Notes under the pieces: model-generated
What the model was told of the DNA's origin: nothing
Databases searched by the model: none
The model's input: the letters and a program-made list of their open reading frames with translations, nothing else
In this document: piece after piece, positions 47,177 through 60,361 of the stretch
Numbering within the stretch: position 1 is the stretch's first letter
Layout: each line of letters starts with the position of its first letter
Assembly: GCF_009914755.1 (NCBI RefSeq)
Contig: NC_060938.1
Strand: one strand, 5' to 3'
Source: the human T2T-CHM13v2.0 reference genome, Homo sapiens
DNA: 64,000 nucleotides
Made by a program: the position numbers and the translations under genes

Positions 47177-48794
47177 GCCCTATATCTAAAGCATAAGAAA
47201 TGCAAGTCTGGTGAATGGCAGTGTTACCAACAGAATAAGGAAGTCAAAAGGGGAAGTTTTTTGGTTTCAACACTGATTTTGAAGAATGGCAGAAAAAAAC
47301 CCCAAAAGAGCTTTCATGTAGGCAGCTCTAGACAAGGAACTAAAGTTCTGCAGAGACATCATGCACAGAGTTACTAGGAGAAAGGCAATGGCTAAAGCTT
47401 TAAGACGAACGCCCTTCAAGAGACCACAGGAAAGGAAAGGCAAGTCTTGATGATTACCTAGAGTTATGAGGCAAGAAGAAAAAGAGCCAGAGAAGTGGTT
47501 CAACTAACCATGTATGAAATTCAAAGAAAGAACATCAAAAAAGAAGTATCAATGCAGTCAAATGCAGCAAGAAGGTGGAAGTGCATGAAGACTGAGACAC
47601 TCTAATTTGGTTAGGTCAACAGCGATTTTTTTTTTTTTTTAAGAACCATTAATAGGGGAAGAATGAGAAAAAAAGCCAGATTTCAAAAAGCATAATGAAG
47701 GAAGTGAATTTTTACTACATTTTTTACTAAATTTTTGAAAGTTTACTAAACTTTACTAAATTTTTTAAAGTTTAAAAGGAGGAGATATTATTTTTAAAAA
47801 TAAAACAGTCAAAACAGAATGCAGATTATTTGTATGATGACCTACCTTGACATACCATGACATGACTGTTAAATAGGATAGTGACCACAGAAATGACCCC
47901 CTTTGAACTATAAAGTCAAACAGCACTGGCTGGACTCTAACCATTCAGGCCGTAAGCTGGGGAGCTAGAAAATTCTTCCCAGAATAAAAACAAGCTAGCT
48001 CCAAGAACCATGGAGATTTCATAGAGCCATAATATCCCGGATCATCAAATTGTTCAATAACATTGCAAGTCACATCTAACCTTTTAAGGATGGTTTGAAA
48101 CCCCTAATGTCAATGTCAAAATGGGCATCTAACAGCCCAAATAAAAATCCAAGCCTCAGCATAAAAGTATGTGAATAGAAAAGCTTAAGCCTAAAATTTA
48201 CACAGGAAGGTTGCATTATAGGGGTGTGGATGGAAAAACAAAACAATAACAATTCTGTTCAAGGAATGAGGGTATAATGAAAAGGAATACAGGGGAAATG
48301 GGAAAGAATCATATGAAACTTTTTTCCAACTTAAGACAGATGACAGAGAAAACCCATGGGAAAATGGAATGTAGGAAAGGCTAGAAAAAGTAGAGATGGG
48401 AGGGTGGTTCCTAAGGGAGCAGGTTCTTCAGGCAGTGATAAATAATGGGATCCGGGACAGAAGGGACTCAAGAATTCAAGAACAGAGAGAAGGATATGTT
48501 AAGGTGTCAAGGGCAGGAAAAAAACAAACCATAGGCTTTCTCACCAACACAAATGGTCTCTGAAGGAAGTACCAGAGAAGCAGTACCCTGGAGCAACAAT
48601 AGAATGCCTCAGCAGTCAGCTTGGCCAAAAACACACCTCAGAAGATGAAATGAGATCTATGCAAAGTCACCTTACGAAATACAAATCACTGTATGCAGAT
48701 CAGAAGAACTTGAACTTTCCTAATCAAAAGAACAAAAATGTATAAAAGAATGGACAACAAAAGATAGACTGGACAAAATGGAAACTAAAAAACA

Positions 48795-49092
<298 letters not shown>

Positions 49093-50799
49093 CTAAAAAA
49101 CAGAATTCTAAATTGGGCAATGTGTTTCTAGCACTATCCATGGGACAATCTAACCTGTCAATTCAAACATCAGGTTCCCTATCATGGAAATTGCTGTATC
49201 ATGCTCTCAAGCTTTACTGTCTTATTAGACCACTTGACCAATTCCTTTTTTCTAATTCCATTCTCACCATGGAAAGGTACCAATTGAGTCCTTCCGTCCT
49301 TTGCTTATAACTATAGCTGTAAGCATGAAATCAAAATATGAAAAGACGAATAGCATAATGATCCAGTGTTGAATGACTCCTATTTGCCACTATCAAGGCA
49401 CATTTAATTAACAGCAATATATACATAATACTGCAGTAAGTAAACCATGGCCTACTCAATTATTTTCTAATTTTTTTATTTCAGAAAAAAAGGAGAACAA
49501 TTATAAAAAGTAACATTGTAAGATTTAGTAGTGAATGCAACAGAAAGGATAGAAACGTATCGTTTGTTGCAGCTAAACTTAAATAAGCCATAATTTATTA
49601 TAAATGATCTACAGAACATCAATTTCTAAAACTTAAATTTTGTTCAAAACCTTATCCAATTTTCAGTTACTTGACAGATTTTTTTTTCTTTGAGACATCA
49701 GTTCATCAATTAAAACAAAAAAGAGGGAAACAAAGCCTAATATGTTAGTAAGAAAGTTCCTACTTTTGGCAAAGAAAGGAGTTTCAGTCCTAGCCCTTAT
49801 TCCCTATTCCTCAATAAACAGTTTCACTTTCTCCGTTCCAACACTTTTGGTATTAATGAAATCTCAATACTAACCTCTAATTTTCAAGTTCTGGTATGAA
49901 TAAGATCATGACACTGTATTGCACATATTTTTGTCTTTTTAAAACTGTTCCTATGTTATGAACTATGACAAAGAAAGTCTTCAGGGGAAAAAAACAACTA
50001 TATATGGTAATCCTATCTTCCGAACACTAGCTACTCTCATTTTTATATGTTCAATTCCAGTCTTTTCTTGTTGTATGTGTACTCTAGTTGTTACATTGGG
50101 CTTACCAGCCCCTTATAATCTACACTCAATACTCAAATCTGCAGTGCCAAGGCCTGTGCAAGTCCAAAGCCTCCCCTGTCTGCCCAGGTTTCCCTCAATT
50201 ACTGGGAGAGCTGACCTTCTCAGAACTCTTAGAGCTACTTGGTCACCAACGCTTTTATGCACTGCAATAATCCAGTGAGGACACAGCTCACCAACTTCTA
50301 CACAAGATAAACAAAAACCAAACATGTTCAAAAAGCATTCCTTAGCATACCAGACTTCAGTGAAGATTTCTGAAGCTAGGCAAAAGAGTGGTACACCAGG
50401 CAACAGTTAAAACAACCCCCTCAAAAGGAGCTGGAGGAAGGAACCTTCTCAATCTGTCTTTCCATCATCCAACCGTGGGGAAGGGGATCTTTATCTCACC
50501 TATCCCTGACCTTACATCACTTTTCTGACTTGTTTTCTCTCTCCTCTTCCCTATTAGGAATAAGACCAGCAATCCCATCCCCTTGTTTGCTCTACTTCTT
50601 CTGACCTCTCAGACCCTGTGAACATCCATCCTCACAGGACTCCCTATCCTTAAGTGAGCTTGATGTCAAGGCAATGCCCCCAGTGTACCTCCCTTCATAT
50701 AAGGAATTCTGGTGTCCACTGATGCCATAAGACATTTTTCTTCTCTTTCCCTATTTCATAGGTTTCACGTAGTCACCAGACTCTACATGTAAGCTATAG

Positions 50800-51490
50800 T
50801 ATATTAATTGAACAAACATCTTGAATGCTTACTTATATCCAACATTGTGCAAAGCACTGACAAGACTGGAACAGACATACTCCCTGACCCCAAGCAGCTC
50901 AGGGTCCAGAGGGGACACTCAGGCAGGTGACCAAGTCCAAGGAACAAGCACTATTAAAGAGAAATGAGGTAAATAGTACCAGAAGAGCATAAGAGAGCAT
51001 CTCAGCCCATCTGAAGGTTTGGAGAAGTTAGGCAGCTAAGGAACAGCAGGGTAAAAAAAAAAGCTGTGAGTAGGAAGGAAAAGCATACAGAAAACCACCA
51101 AAACAACAGAGAACATGGCATATCTGAGAATCTGCAATTAGTGCAGACAGGCAGATGCATGGGAAGGAAAGGGAAAAAAGGCACTGCAAGACACCAGGCA
51201 GGAGCCAGCTCACAAAAGAATCTGTGTTTGATATGAAAAAGTAGTATTTTATTTCTTCCCATCTAAAGAAGGCAAAGGAGAGGCAATAAAAGATTTTAAG
51301 GAGAAGATTATCAGTTCTGCATCTTAGAAAGACCAGCAGCAGCAGCAGCGTGGAAAACAAACTAGAAAGGAATTGAGATGGAAAACAGTGAAGCCAATGT
51401 ACAGGTTGAAACAACAGTCAAGGCCAAAATTCATAAAGGCTACACTAAGCCACTGAAGGTAGGGAAAGGGAGGAAGACGTAAATTCCTCA
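50800..51490. mobile_element. L2 fragment (similar L2 pieces at about 3000-4000, 46050-46660 and 47200-47700)
   Basis: L2-like motifs (attgaacaaacatcttgaatgcttac; aagattttaaggagaag). Confidence 0.6.
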
Positions 51491-51808
51491 ATATGTATTC
51501 ACTAATTCTACTCAGCACAAAGAGAAAACATTGGAAAGTACTAAAATTAATCTATTCTGAATAGTTGCAGTGCAATCATTAAAGTTCACAATGATAATCC
51601 TGGTGACCACGACGTCATAAAGTACTAGGGATAAAAAATAAGATCAACTTTCCAAATGTTGTGCATGAACTGTTAGCATCTGTTAAAACTCACAGAACCA
51701 TATGCCAAAAAGAGTGAACTTTATTGCATGCAAATTATAACTCAAAAGAAAAAATTAGGGCTTTAAAGTAAAAAACATGAATGTATTTTTAAAACATGAG
51801 TATTATAA

Positions 51809-52198
<390 letters not shown>

Positions 52199-53825
52199 TT
52201 ACTTATCAAAGTTAATCCTTACTTATTAGAAAAACTGCTTATTTCTAAATAGCGATATAAAGTTCCTAAGGCTTATTTTTCTAAACGCACATATTTTTGA
52301 TACATCTTATACTACATCCTCTAAAAAAATCCCTTATTTTTATAAAAAACATGTATTAATGCACTATTGTTAAATATTTCAAGTTTTTACATATTTGCTT
52401 TAATAATGTGATTTAATAGCACATTATTTTTTCATATGCAGCTTTATAGTTTATATTTGATGACCATAAACTTTATAAAATGTTTTAAAAGTATATGAAG
52501 TATCTATGGGATTTCCAAATGAAGATGCCAAGGAACACTAATTTGTTGTAGTCAAATTATTTGAAAATGTACTATTATTATAAAACAAATAGTTTAATTA
52601 AAAGAATGGTTAATTCAAATACTTCATTTCCTGACCATGTCGTATGTCTGAACTTAATATACACAAAAATGTGAAGAAAAAGATTTAGGGAGCAACAGAG
52701 TAAATCAAAAGGATTGCACAGAGGTTTTTAAGATTTACTTTCAAAAGCTAGTTCCCTCAAGTGTTAGTTTATAAACCATTAACTATTTGACAGGTTGGAG
52801 ACAATCACACCTGGAACCCGAATCTAGACATATAAAGAACAGATACATTCTATCTACACTCAGCACAGCATTCCTTATCCTCAAATTAAGGTATACCTTC
52901 ATTTACAATAGAAGTCTTGCTTCAGTATTTTTGCAAGCAAAAATTTGATAACTTGTGAATGATTAAAAAAAAAATTAAACCATTACAGCAAGGCAAACAT
53001 TCCAGCTTCCAAAGTGCTACCAAATTTATTTTGTTTATTATGTTTTGAATTACACTTTTCATACAAGATATAGTTTCTTATAGTCCAAAGTACTATTTCC
53101 AAGGATAAGATTTCAATTTGATGTAAGAAAATATAGCAGCACTTTGTTCCTCCTAAGTCATAACCTCATTTTTCCACTGCAGTTCTACTGTCACTTCTAC
53201 ACGTAATTCTATTGTGAGAAAGTACTTTATCAACACCTTTTCCTTTTTCTGTTTTCCAGACTACATGCTGCTAACAGTGCCAATTTGGTTTCTATTAGCA
53301 CAGAAATGTGGCAGCCTTACATCAAATAACAGTTTGTAATAACTTGTTCTTACAGCAATAAACTTTCATAGGACTACAGCCAACTCATTTTTCAAGAATA
53401 ATCCTACTTTTTTAAAAAATGTTAACTCAGTGAGCTATATAATCTAATGCTATGAAAACTGGTGACCAAAGAAACTAGATTCACCTTGTCTTGTCCCAGC
53501 CTTCATTCAGCTTTCCTTTCTTACCTCATTCTAACTGTTTAATCAACCACAACTGCCCTCCAACCCCAATTCTGAATGTAGAAGAAAAAAGTCCAGGGGT
53601 GCTGTGGTGGGACTTAGAGGCACTAGAGAGCTAGAGCAGTGTGCAGCCCTGGTGTCCCCTCCTGCTCTCATTTCAAACATGAAGTGTGTAACCCACTCCC
53701 CTGAAACGAAGTTAAGCAATTAATGCTTCTAATTTTATGGCAAGGGTATCAGCACAATTATGTTGTCATATAAAAGTCAGACATTTAGTGCCTATAAACA
53801 CAACTACAGTGCTCACTGGTAAACT

Positions 53826-53928
53826 AATTTTTTTTTTCTTTTCTTTAGAGACGGGGTCTTACTACATTGCCCACGCTGGCCTTGAACTCCTGGGCTCAAG
53901 AGATCCTCCTGCCTCAGCCTCCCAAGTG
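53826..53928 (-). mobile_element. FLAM/Alu fragment
   Basis: Reverse Alu monomer motifs. Confidence 0.8.
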
Positions 53929-54232
53929 GTCAATTAATTTTTTTAATTTTATTTTTAAATGATTTAAAATGCAAAGTTGCCAAAATAAGACAACTGTCAT
54001 ATTCATAATCTTTTTGCTTATTCAAAATAACCCTTTGTTCATAATCACCAATTTTTAACATTCTGTCATATTTTTCTATCTTATTAATACACTCATACAT
54101 ACTACATACTACTTTTTTGGTTCTAGGGTACCCAGATATTTAGTTATGTGTGTGTTGTGTGTTTCTGTGAGTTTTTTTGGATAAGATCAATATTTAAATC
54201 ACTGGGCTTTAGGCAGACTCCCTCGATAAAGT

Positions 54233-55790
54233 GAGGGATGCACAGCAGCATTCCACCATCAAATGAAAGTGGTATACACTCGGTTCTTCGCTTTGCTTGA
54301 AGGAAAAACGACCAGACATCGGATTACATATCAACTTATGGACTATCACCAATAGTTTGGTTGGATGGTCAGGGACTTAGAAGGAACATGATTGGAAAAT
54401 CGATGACAAGAAAGTGTAAGGAAGAGGTATTTGGCTAGAGCTCTCTAAACAGGCAAAAAAAAAAAAAAAAACTGAAGGTATTTGTATTCTCCTATGTCAA
54501 TGCCCACCAAAGGATGACCTCAGCAGAGAAGGATATTAATAATCAAGTAGATAGGATGACCTGTTCTGTGGATACCAGCCAGTCTCTTTCCCACCTGTCA
54601 TCCTATCTACTGTCATCACCCAGTGGGCTCATGAACAAAGTGGCCATGGTAGCAGAGATGGTGGTTACGCATGGGCTCAGCAACATGGACTTCTACTCAC
54701 CAAGGCTGATCTGGCTACAGCTGATGCTGAGTGCCAATCTGCCAGCAGCAGAGACCAATACTAGGTCTCGATATATGGCATCATTGCTGACAATAGTAAG
54801 CCAAGCTACCATGCCAGGTTGATAACACTGAACTGCTTTTATCATGGAAGGGGCAGTGTTTTGTTCTTGCTGTAACAGACACTTACTCTGGATACAGATT
54901 TGCCTTCCCTGCACACAATATTTCTGTCACAACTACCATCCATGGTATTACAAAAAGCCTTATTCACTGTAATGATATTCCACACAGCATTGCCTGTGAT
55001 CAAGGAGCTAACTTCACAGCAAATGAAGTGTGACAGTAGGCCCACACTCATGGAATTCACTGGTCTTACCATGTTCTCCACCATCCTGAAGCAGGTGGCT
55101 TGATGGAATGGCCTCTGGAAGACTCAGGTACAGCACCAGATGGATGCCAATTCCTTGAAGGGCTGGGGCAAGGTTCTCCAAGAAGCTGTACATGCTCTGA
55201 ATCAGCATCCAGTAAATAGTGCCACTTCTCCCATAGCCAGAGTTAATGGATTCAGGAATCAAGGGGTGGAAATTTGAGTGGCACCACTCACTATTAACCC
55301 TAGTAGCCCACTAGCAAAATGTATGCTTCCTGTTCCCACAACTGTATACTCTGCTGGCTTAGAAGTCTTAGTTCCAAGGGCAAGATGTTTCCACCAGGAG
55401 ACACAACAATGATTCCACTGAACTGGAAGTTAAGACTGCCACATGGCCACTTTGGGCTCCTTATGCCTTTGTATCACCAGGCAAAGGAGGGAGTTACAGT
55501 GTTGGCTCAGGTGACTGATCCTGAACTGCTACTCCACAATAAAGGTAAGGAAGAGTATGCTTAAAATACAGGCAATCTCCTTTGGATGTCTCTTGGTATT
55601 ACCATGCCTTGTGATTAAAGTCAACAGAAAACTACAACAACCCAATTCAGGCAGCAATACTAATGGCCCAGAACCTTCAGGAATAAAGGTTTGGGTCACC
55701 TCCCAGGTAAAAAACCACAAACATCTCAGGTGCTGGCTGAAGGCAAAGGCATACAGAATGAGTAATGGAAGGAGATAGTTATAAATACCA
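54233..55790 (+). pseudogene. ERV-L pol (RNase H and integrase) and dUTPase remnants with stops and frameshifts
   Basis: ORFs 54514..54822, 55319..55564 and 55557..55778 carry ERV-L peptide segments. Confidence 0.88.
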
Positions 55791-55902
55791 GCTAGGACAC
55801 AGAAATGGGGACTATGGTTGTCATGAATATTTCCTTATTTTGTTTAAAAAATATTTGTGTCTATATATTAATATATGTACTAATCAAGTCTTTGTTCTCT
55901 AC

Positions 55903-56496
55903 TGTGATGGTTAATAGCAGGTGTCAACTTGATTGGATTGAAGGCTGCCTAGATAGCCAGCAACATATTATTTCTGGGTATGTCTGTGAGGGTGTTGCCA
56001 GAGGAGACTGATATTTGAGTCAGTGGACTGAGAGAAGAAGACCTACCCTCAATGTGGGTGGGCACCACCATCCAATCGGCTGCCAGCATGGCTAGAACAA
56101 AAGCAGGCTGAATTAGGTGGCGTAAGCTGACTTGCTGAATCTTCTGGCTTTCATCTTTCTCCTATGCTGGATTCTTCCTTCTGTTCCTCCTGCCTTTGGA
56201 CATCAAGGCTCCAGGTTCTTTGGTCTTTGGACTCTTGGACTTACACCAGTGGTTTGCCGGGGGCTCTCAGGCCTTCAGCCACAGACTGAAGGCTGCACAG
56301 TCAGCTTCCCTGCTTTTGAGGCTTTTGGACTTGGACTGAACTACTACTGGCTTCTTTCTTCCCCAGCTTGCAAGACGGCCTATCGTGGGACTTCACCTTG
56401 TGATTGTGTGTGCCAGTTCTCCCTAATGAACTCCCTATCATGTATACATATAGCCTATTAGTTCTGTTCCTCTGGAGAACCCTGACTTATAACACA
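55903..56496 (+). mobile_element. MLT2B-like solo LTR inserted inside the ERV-L internal region
   Basis: TG...CA ends; 5-bp TSD TCTAC at 55898-55902 and 56497-56501. Confidence 0.9.
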
Positions 56497-57195
56497 TCTA
56501 CCCTCTCTTTTCCTCTTAACATGAAACATAAGATGTATTAACTAGATATCATAGCATATAAATTACAAGATATCAAGCAGAAGAATACACATTATCCAAA
56601 GGTTTTGCACCCTCTTCTAGGGAAAAGGTCAGTGCATTTTTGTACACAGGATAGCTGTATCATGTTAGGCAGATTTATGTCGGTGTTGTCACTTTATTTG
56701 GAAATTAAGCAAGGCCTAAGGAGATGTGTAAGGGTACCGAGCTGAAAAGGGGTAGACTTGTGGGAGTTAATTTTATGTGTCAATTTGACTGGGCCATGAG
56801 GTACCCAGATATTTGGTCAAACAAACACTATCCTGGGTGTTTCTGTGGGGAGATTGTTGGATGAGATTAACATTTAAATCAGTGGACTTTGAGTAAAGCA
56901 GATTGCCCTCTATAATGTGGGTGAGTGTCATCCAATCAGTTGAAGGCCTTAACAGAACAAAAAGACTGTCCTCTCCTGAGCAAGAAAGAATTCTTCAGCA
57001 CAGTCTTCAGACTTTATATGCAACACTAGCTCTTCCTGATTCTACAGTAGAAGGTCTCCAGACTCAAATGGGACCACTAACTTTCCTGGGTCTCCACCCT
57101 GCCTGGCCACCATGCAGAGTTTGGACCTGCCAGTCTCCATAATCACAGGAGCCAATTCCTTATAATAAATCTTTTTATATTTATACACACACACA

Positions 57196-57411
57196 TAGTC
57201 CTTTACTTACAATGATTCTATTTACAGTTTTTTTTACTTCATAACACTGCAAAAGTAATACACATATAGTAGAAACGGTACTTCTCTCACAATGCTTGGC
57301 AGTAGCGGTAAGCCATAGCTCCCACTCAGCCAGACATTTTCATCTTAGGATATTTTCAACTTATAATGGTGTTATCGGAACATAACCTCATTGTAAGTCA
57401 AGTAGCATCTG
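57196..57411 (-). mobile_element. MER47/Tigger5-like MITE
   Basis: End ...gatattttcaactta..ttgtaagtcaagtagcatctg followed by TA. Confidence 0.78.
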
Positions 57412-57417
57412 TACATA

Positions 57418-57762
57418 CAGTCATGCATCACTTAACAATGGAGATATTGTCTGAGAAATGCATCATTAAGCAACTCTGTCATTGTATGAACACCATAGAA
57501 TGTGCTTACTCAAACCTAGATGGTACAGCCTACTATACACCTAGGCTAGATGATCTAGCCTATTGCTCCTGGGCTACAACCCTGTACAGCATATGACTGT
57601 AAGGAATACTATAGGCAACTGGAGCACAATGGCAAGTATTTGTCTAATTAAACACATCTAAACATAGAAAAGTTACAGTAACAACACCGTATTATAATCT
57701 AATGGGACCACTGTTGTATAGCAGTCCATCACTGACTGAAATGTCACTGTGGCACATGACCA
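57418..57762 (-). mobile_element. Tigger3a (MER7) MITE
   Basis: TIRs cagtcatg...catgac; internal cctagatggtacagcctac. Confidence 0.88.
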
Positions 57763-57812
57763 TTTGTGTTTATGTGGGTGTGTGTGTGTGTGTGCATGTA
57801 CACGTGTGTGTG

Positions 57813-58117
57813 TATGGCCCTCCATGTCCATGGGTTCCAAATCTGTGAATTCAACCAATTATAGATTTAAAATATTCAAAAAAAGTGATGAAACATAATG
57901 ATACAACAATAAGAAATAATACAGTATAACAATAATTTACATACAATTTACATTGTATTAGGTATTTAAAGTAATGTAGAGATGATTTAAGGTATGTAGG
58001 AGGATGTATAGATTATATGCAAATACTATGCCAATTTATATAAGGGACTTGAGCATCCACAGATTTTGGTATCTATAGGGGATCCTGAAACCAATCTCCT
58101 ATGGATGCTAAGGAATG

Positions 58118-58121
<4 letters not shown>
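57813..58121 (-). mobile_element. MER2 (Tigger) MITE
   Basis: ataagggacttgagcatccacagattttggtatc...gaatgactg. Confidence 0.88.
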
Positions 58122-58150
<29 letters not shown>

Positions 58151-58177
58151 ATATGTGTATGTGTATGTATATATCCT

Positions 58178-58214
<37 letters not shown>

Positions 58215-58252
58215 GTGTGTTTATATGTGTATGTGTATGTATATATCCTATT
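58120..58252. repeat. (TG)n microsatellite with a duplicated compound unit
   Basis: Two units of (TG)n plus tttatatgtgtatgtgtatgtatatatcctatt. Confidence 0.93.
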
Positions 58253-58915
58253 GGTCCTGGTCTCTGGAGAAGCCTAATACATTATTACAGCACTTTTTCC
58301 TTGAGTATAAAATCCAGTATATAATCAGATATTGCCTTTATTTTGTCATGTCTCTTTGGTCTCATTTCATCTGGAAGTTTCTCAATTTCTGTCTTTTAGG
58401 ACTGACTTTGTTGAGGAATATTGTTTTTTATTTAAATATAATTTTTTGTTTCACTGGCACTTCATCATCATTCAGGTTATGCATGTTCAATACTTAGGTG
58501 ATGTGTGCTTTGCAGGTATCCAAACCCGAAGCATACAACATCAGTCTGTCCCTCATTAATGACATTAGATTTATCATCCAGTTAAAGTGATGTCCAGTTT
58601 ATCCACTGTATAGGTGGATAAAGCAATAGGGAAATAAAGCAATCCATAGGGACACATTTTAGGGCATGAAAAATACGCTGTTCTTCATCAAAATGTCCTA
58701 TCTAGATTGAGCATTCACTGACAATTCTTGCCTGAACTAATCCTTACTATAATGGTTACAATGGAGTAACTTTCTGACTCTTCCACTTCTTCCAAGTTTA
58801 TCAGTCAGCACTGCACCACAGAGAAGAGACCTCCCTTATTCCTGCTTAGATATCTACCTATCTATTAGGCTACTCATGAATCACCATTTTTTTCAATGCT
58901 TTAATACTCATTCTT

Positions 58916-59269
58916 GGTCAGGCACAATGACTCACACCTGAAATCCCAGCACTTTGGGAGGCTGAAGCAGGAGGATTGCTTGAGCCCAGGAGTTCAAGAC
59001 CAGGCTGGGCAACACAGTAAGATCCGTCTCTATTTCAATTTAAAAAAATAAGCCAGGCATGGTGGTTCTCGCGATTCTCCTGCCTCAGCCTCCTGAGTAG
59101 CTGGGATTACAGACACATGCCACCATGCCTGGTTAATTTTTGTATTTTTAGTAGAGACAGGGATTCATCATACTGGTCAGGCTGGTCTCTAACTCCTGAC
59201 CTCAGGTGATCCGCCCACCTCAGCCTCCCAAAGTGCTGGGATTACAGGCATGAGCCACCACACCCAGCC
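58916..59269. mobile_element. Plus-strand Alu 5' half fused directly to a minus-strand AluS
   Basis: Junction ...gcatggtggttctc|gcgattctcctgcc at about 59070. Confidence 0.87.
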
Positions 59270-60361
59270 TTTCCCTAATCATTTTAATGCACAAGTTGTC
59301 CCAGATTTGGTCACTGGAAGCACTTTCAAAAGCCGGCTCTGTGTCCTGACATGCCCCCTTTCTTTACTTTTCTTTTTCTTTCTCTCTTTCTATTTTTGAG
59401 AACTTCATTTGTTCTCTTACAAGTAGCCTTGATTCCTTTTAATGGGAAATAAGATCTTATGGAATCTTAATAGAAACCAAGATCTGGGCATCAGGTATGC
59501 TGCTTGCTACTGAGGTACCTTGCCTTCTAGGCTCTTTCATGAACAGAGCTAGGACATACATATTTAGATCATATATTTATGCATATTTAGGTCATTTTAT
59601 ATACATTTAAATCTGGTGCACAAATATTTATGCTGTACATGAACTTATATTGTATACATATGTGGTATGCGTGTTTCATAATATTATAAGGAATGCCTTA
59701 TTCAGTTGACTTGTAACCATTTGCTTTTAATTTCCTCATGCAGGAAACTATTTGAATGTGAAACTGACTTTAAACTTGTTTACTGATTGAAGTCATCCCA
59801 AATGAACCAAAAAGCATATAGCCAACTTACTCAGAACAAGAATATGATGTACAAGAATAATGATCAAATTGAATGGTGAAACCCAAATATTATAATGGGG
59901 ATCCAATGGAATGTGAAGTATATCAATAATGTCCATGTCTCTACCTAGTATGAAAGCCTGGTCTGCTACCCATCACTAAACCACTTATGAAACAACCTGT
60001 CTGCTCACTTCTCTGTGTCTTTCCAATAAATATCAGAGTGGCAGCAACTAGAGGATGGTTGGTGGCAGTTAAAGCAGAAAAAAAAGGTTGAGCATCTAAG
60101 AATTCAGGTCCTACCTCAGTTTCCTACCACATTTTTAGACTGGAAATAAATGCCTGAATTTGAAAATGTTTACATGGTTTGCGTGGTTTCTGATTCTGTT
60201 TCTGTGTGTTACATTTCAAGGAACTAGATGTTTGCTATGACTTCAAGTGAAATTGAAATTGAAACTAAAATCGGGAACAAGTATGCACATGTACTTATGC
60301 TCTTGCATACTTATGTAATTACAAATATATATTCAATATAATTTAAGATTTGTGTACTACT

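Larger units (their letters stand above)
54125..58281 (+). mobile_element. Internally deleted ERV-L provirus: MLT2D-like 5' LTR remnant (54125-54232), pol and dUTPase, polypurine tract (about 56744-56756), MLT2D-like 3' LTR (56759-58281, interrupted)
   Basis: Both LTR pieces share ggtacccagatattt and tttaaatca.tgg.cttt. Internal remnants include AHQRMTSAEKDINNQVDRMT, WAHEQSGHGSRDGGYAWAQQHG and PPGDTTMIPLNWKLRLPHGHFGLLMP. Confidence 0.9.

Noticed and set aside
51608-51620. CRE-like GACGTCA as an MSK1-CREB feedback site
   Set aside because: Imperfect single motif in an L1-like fragment; expected by chance.
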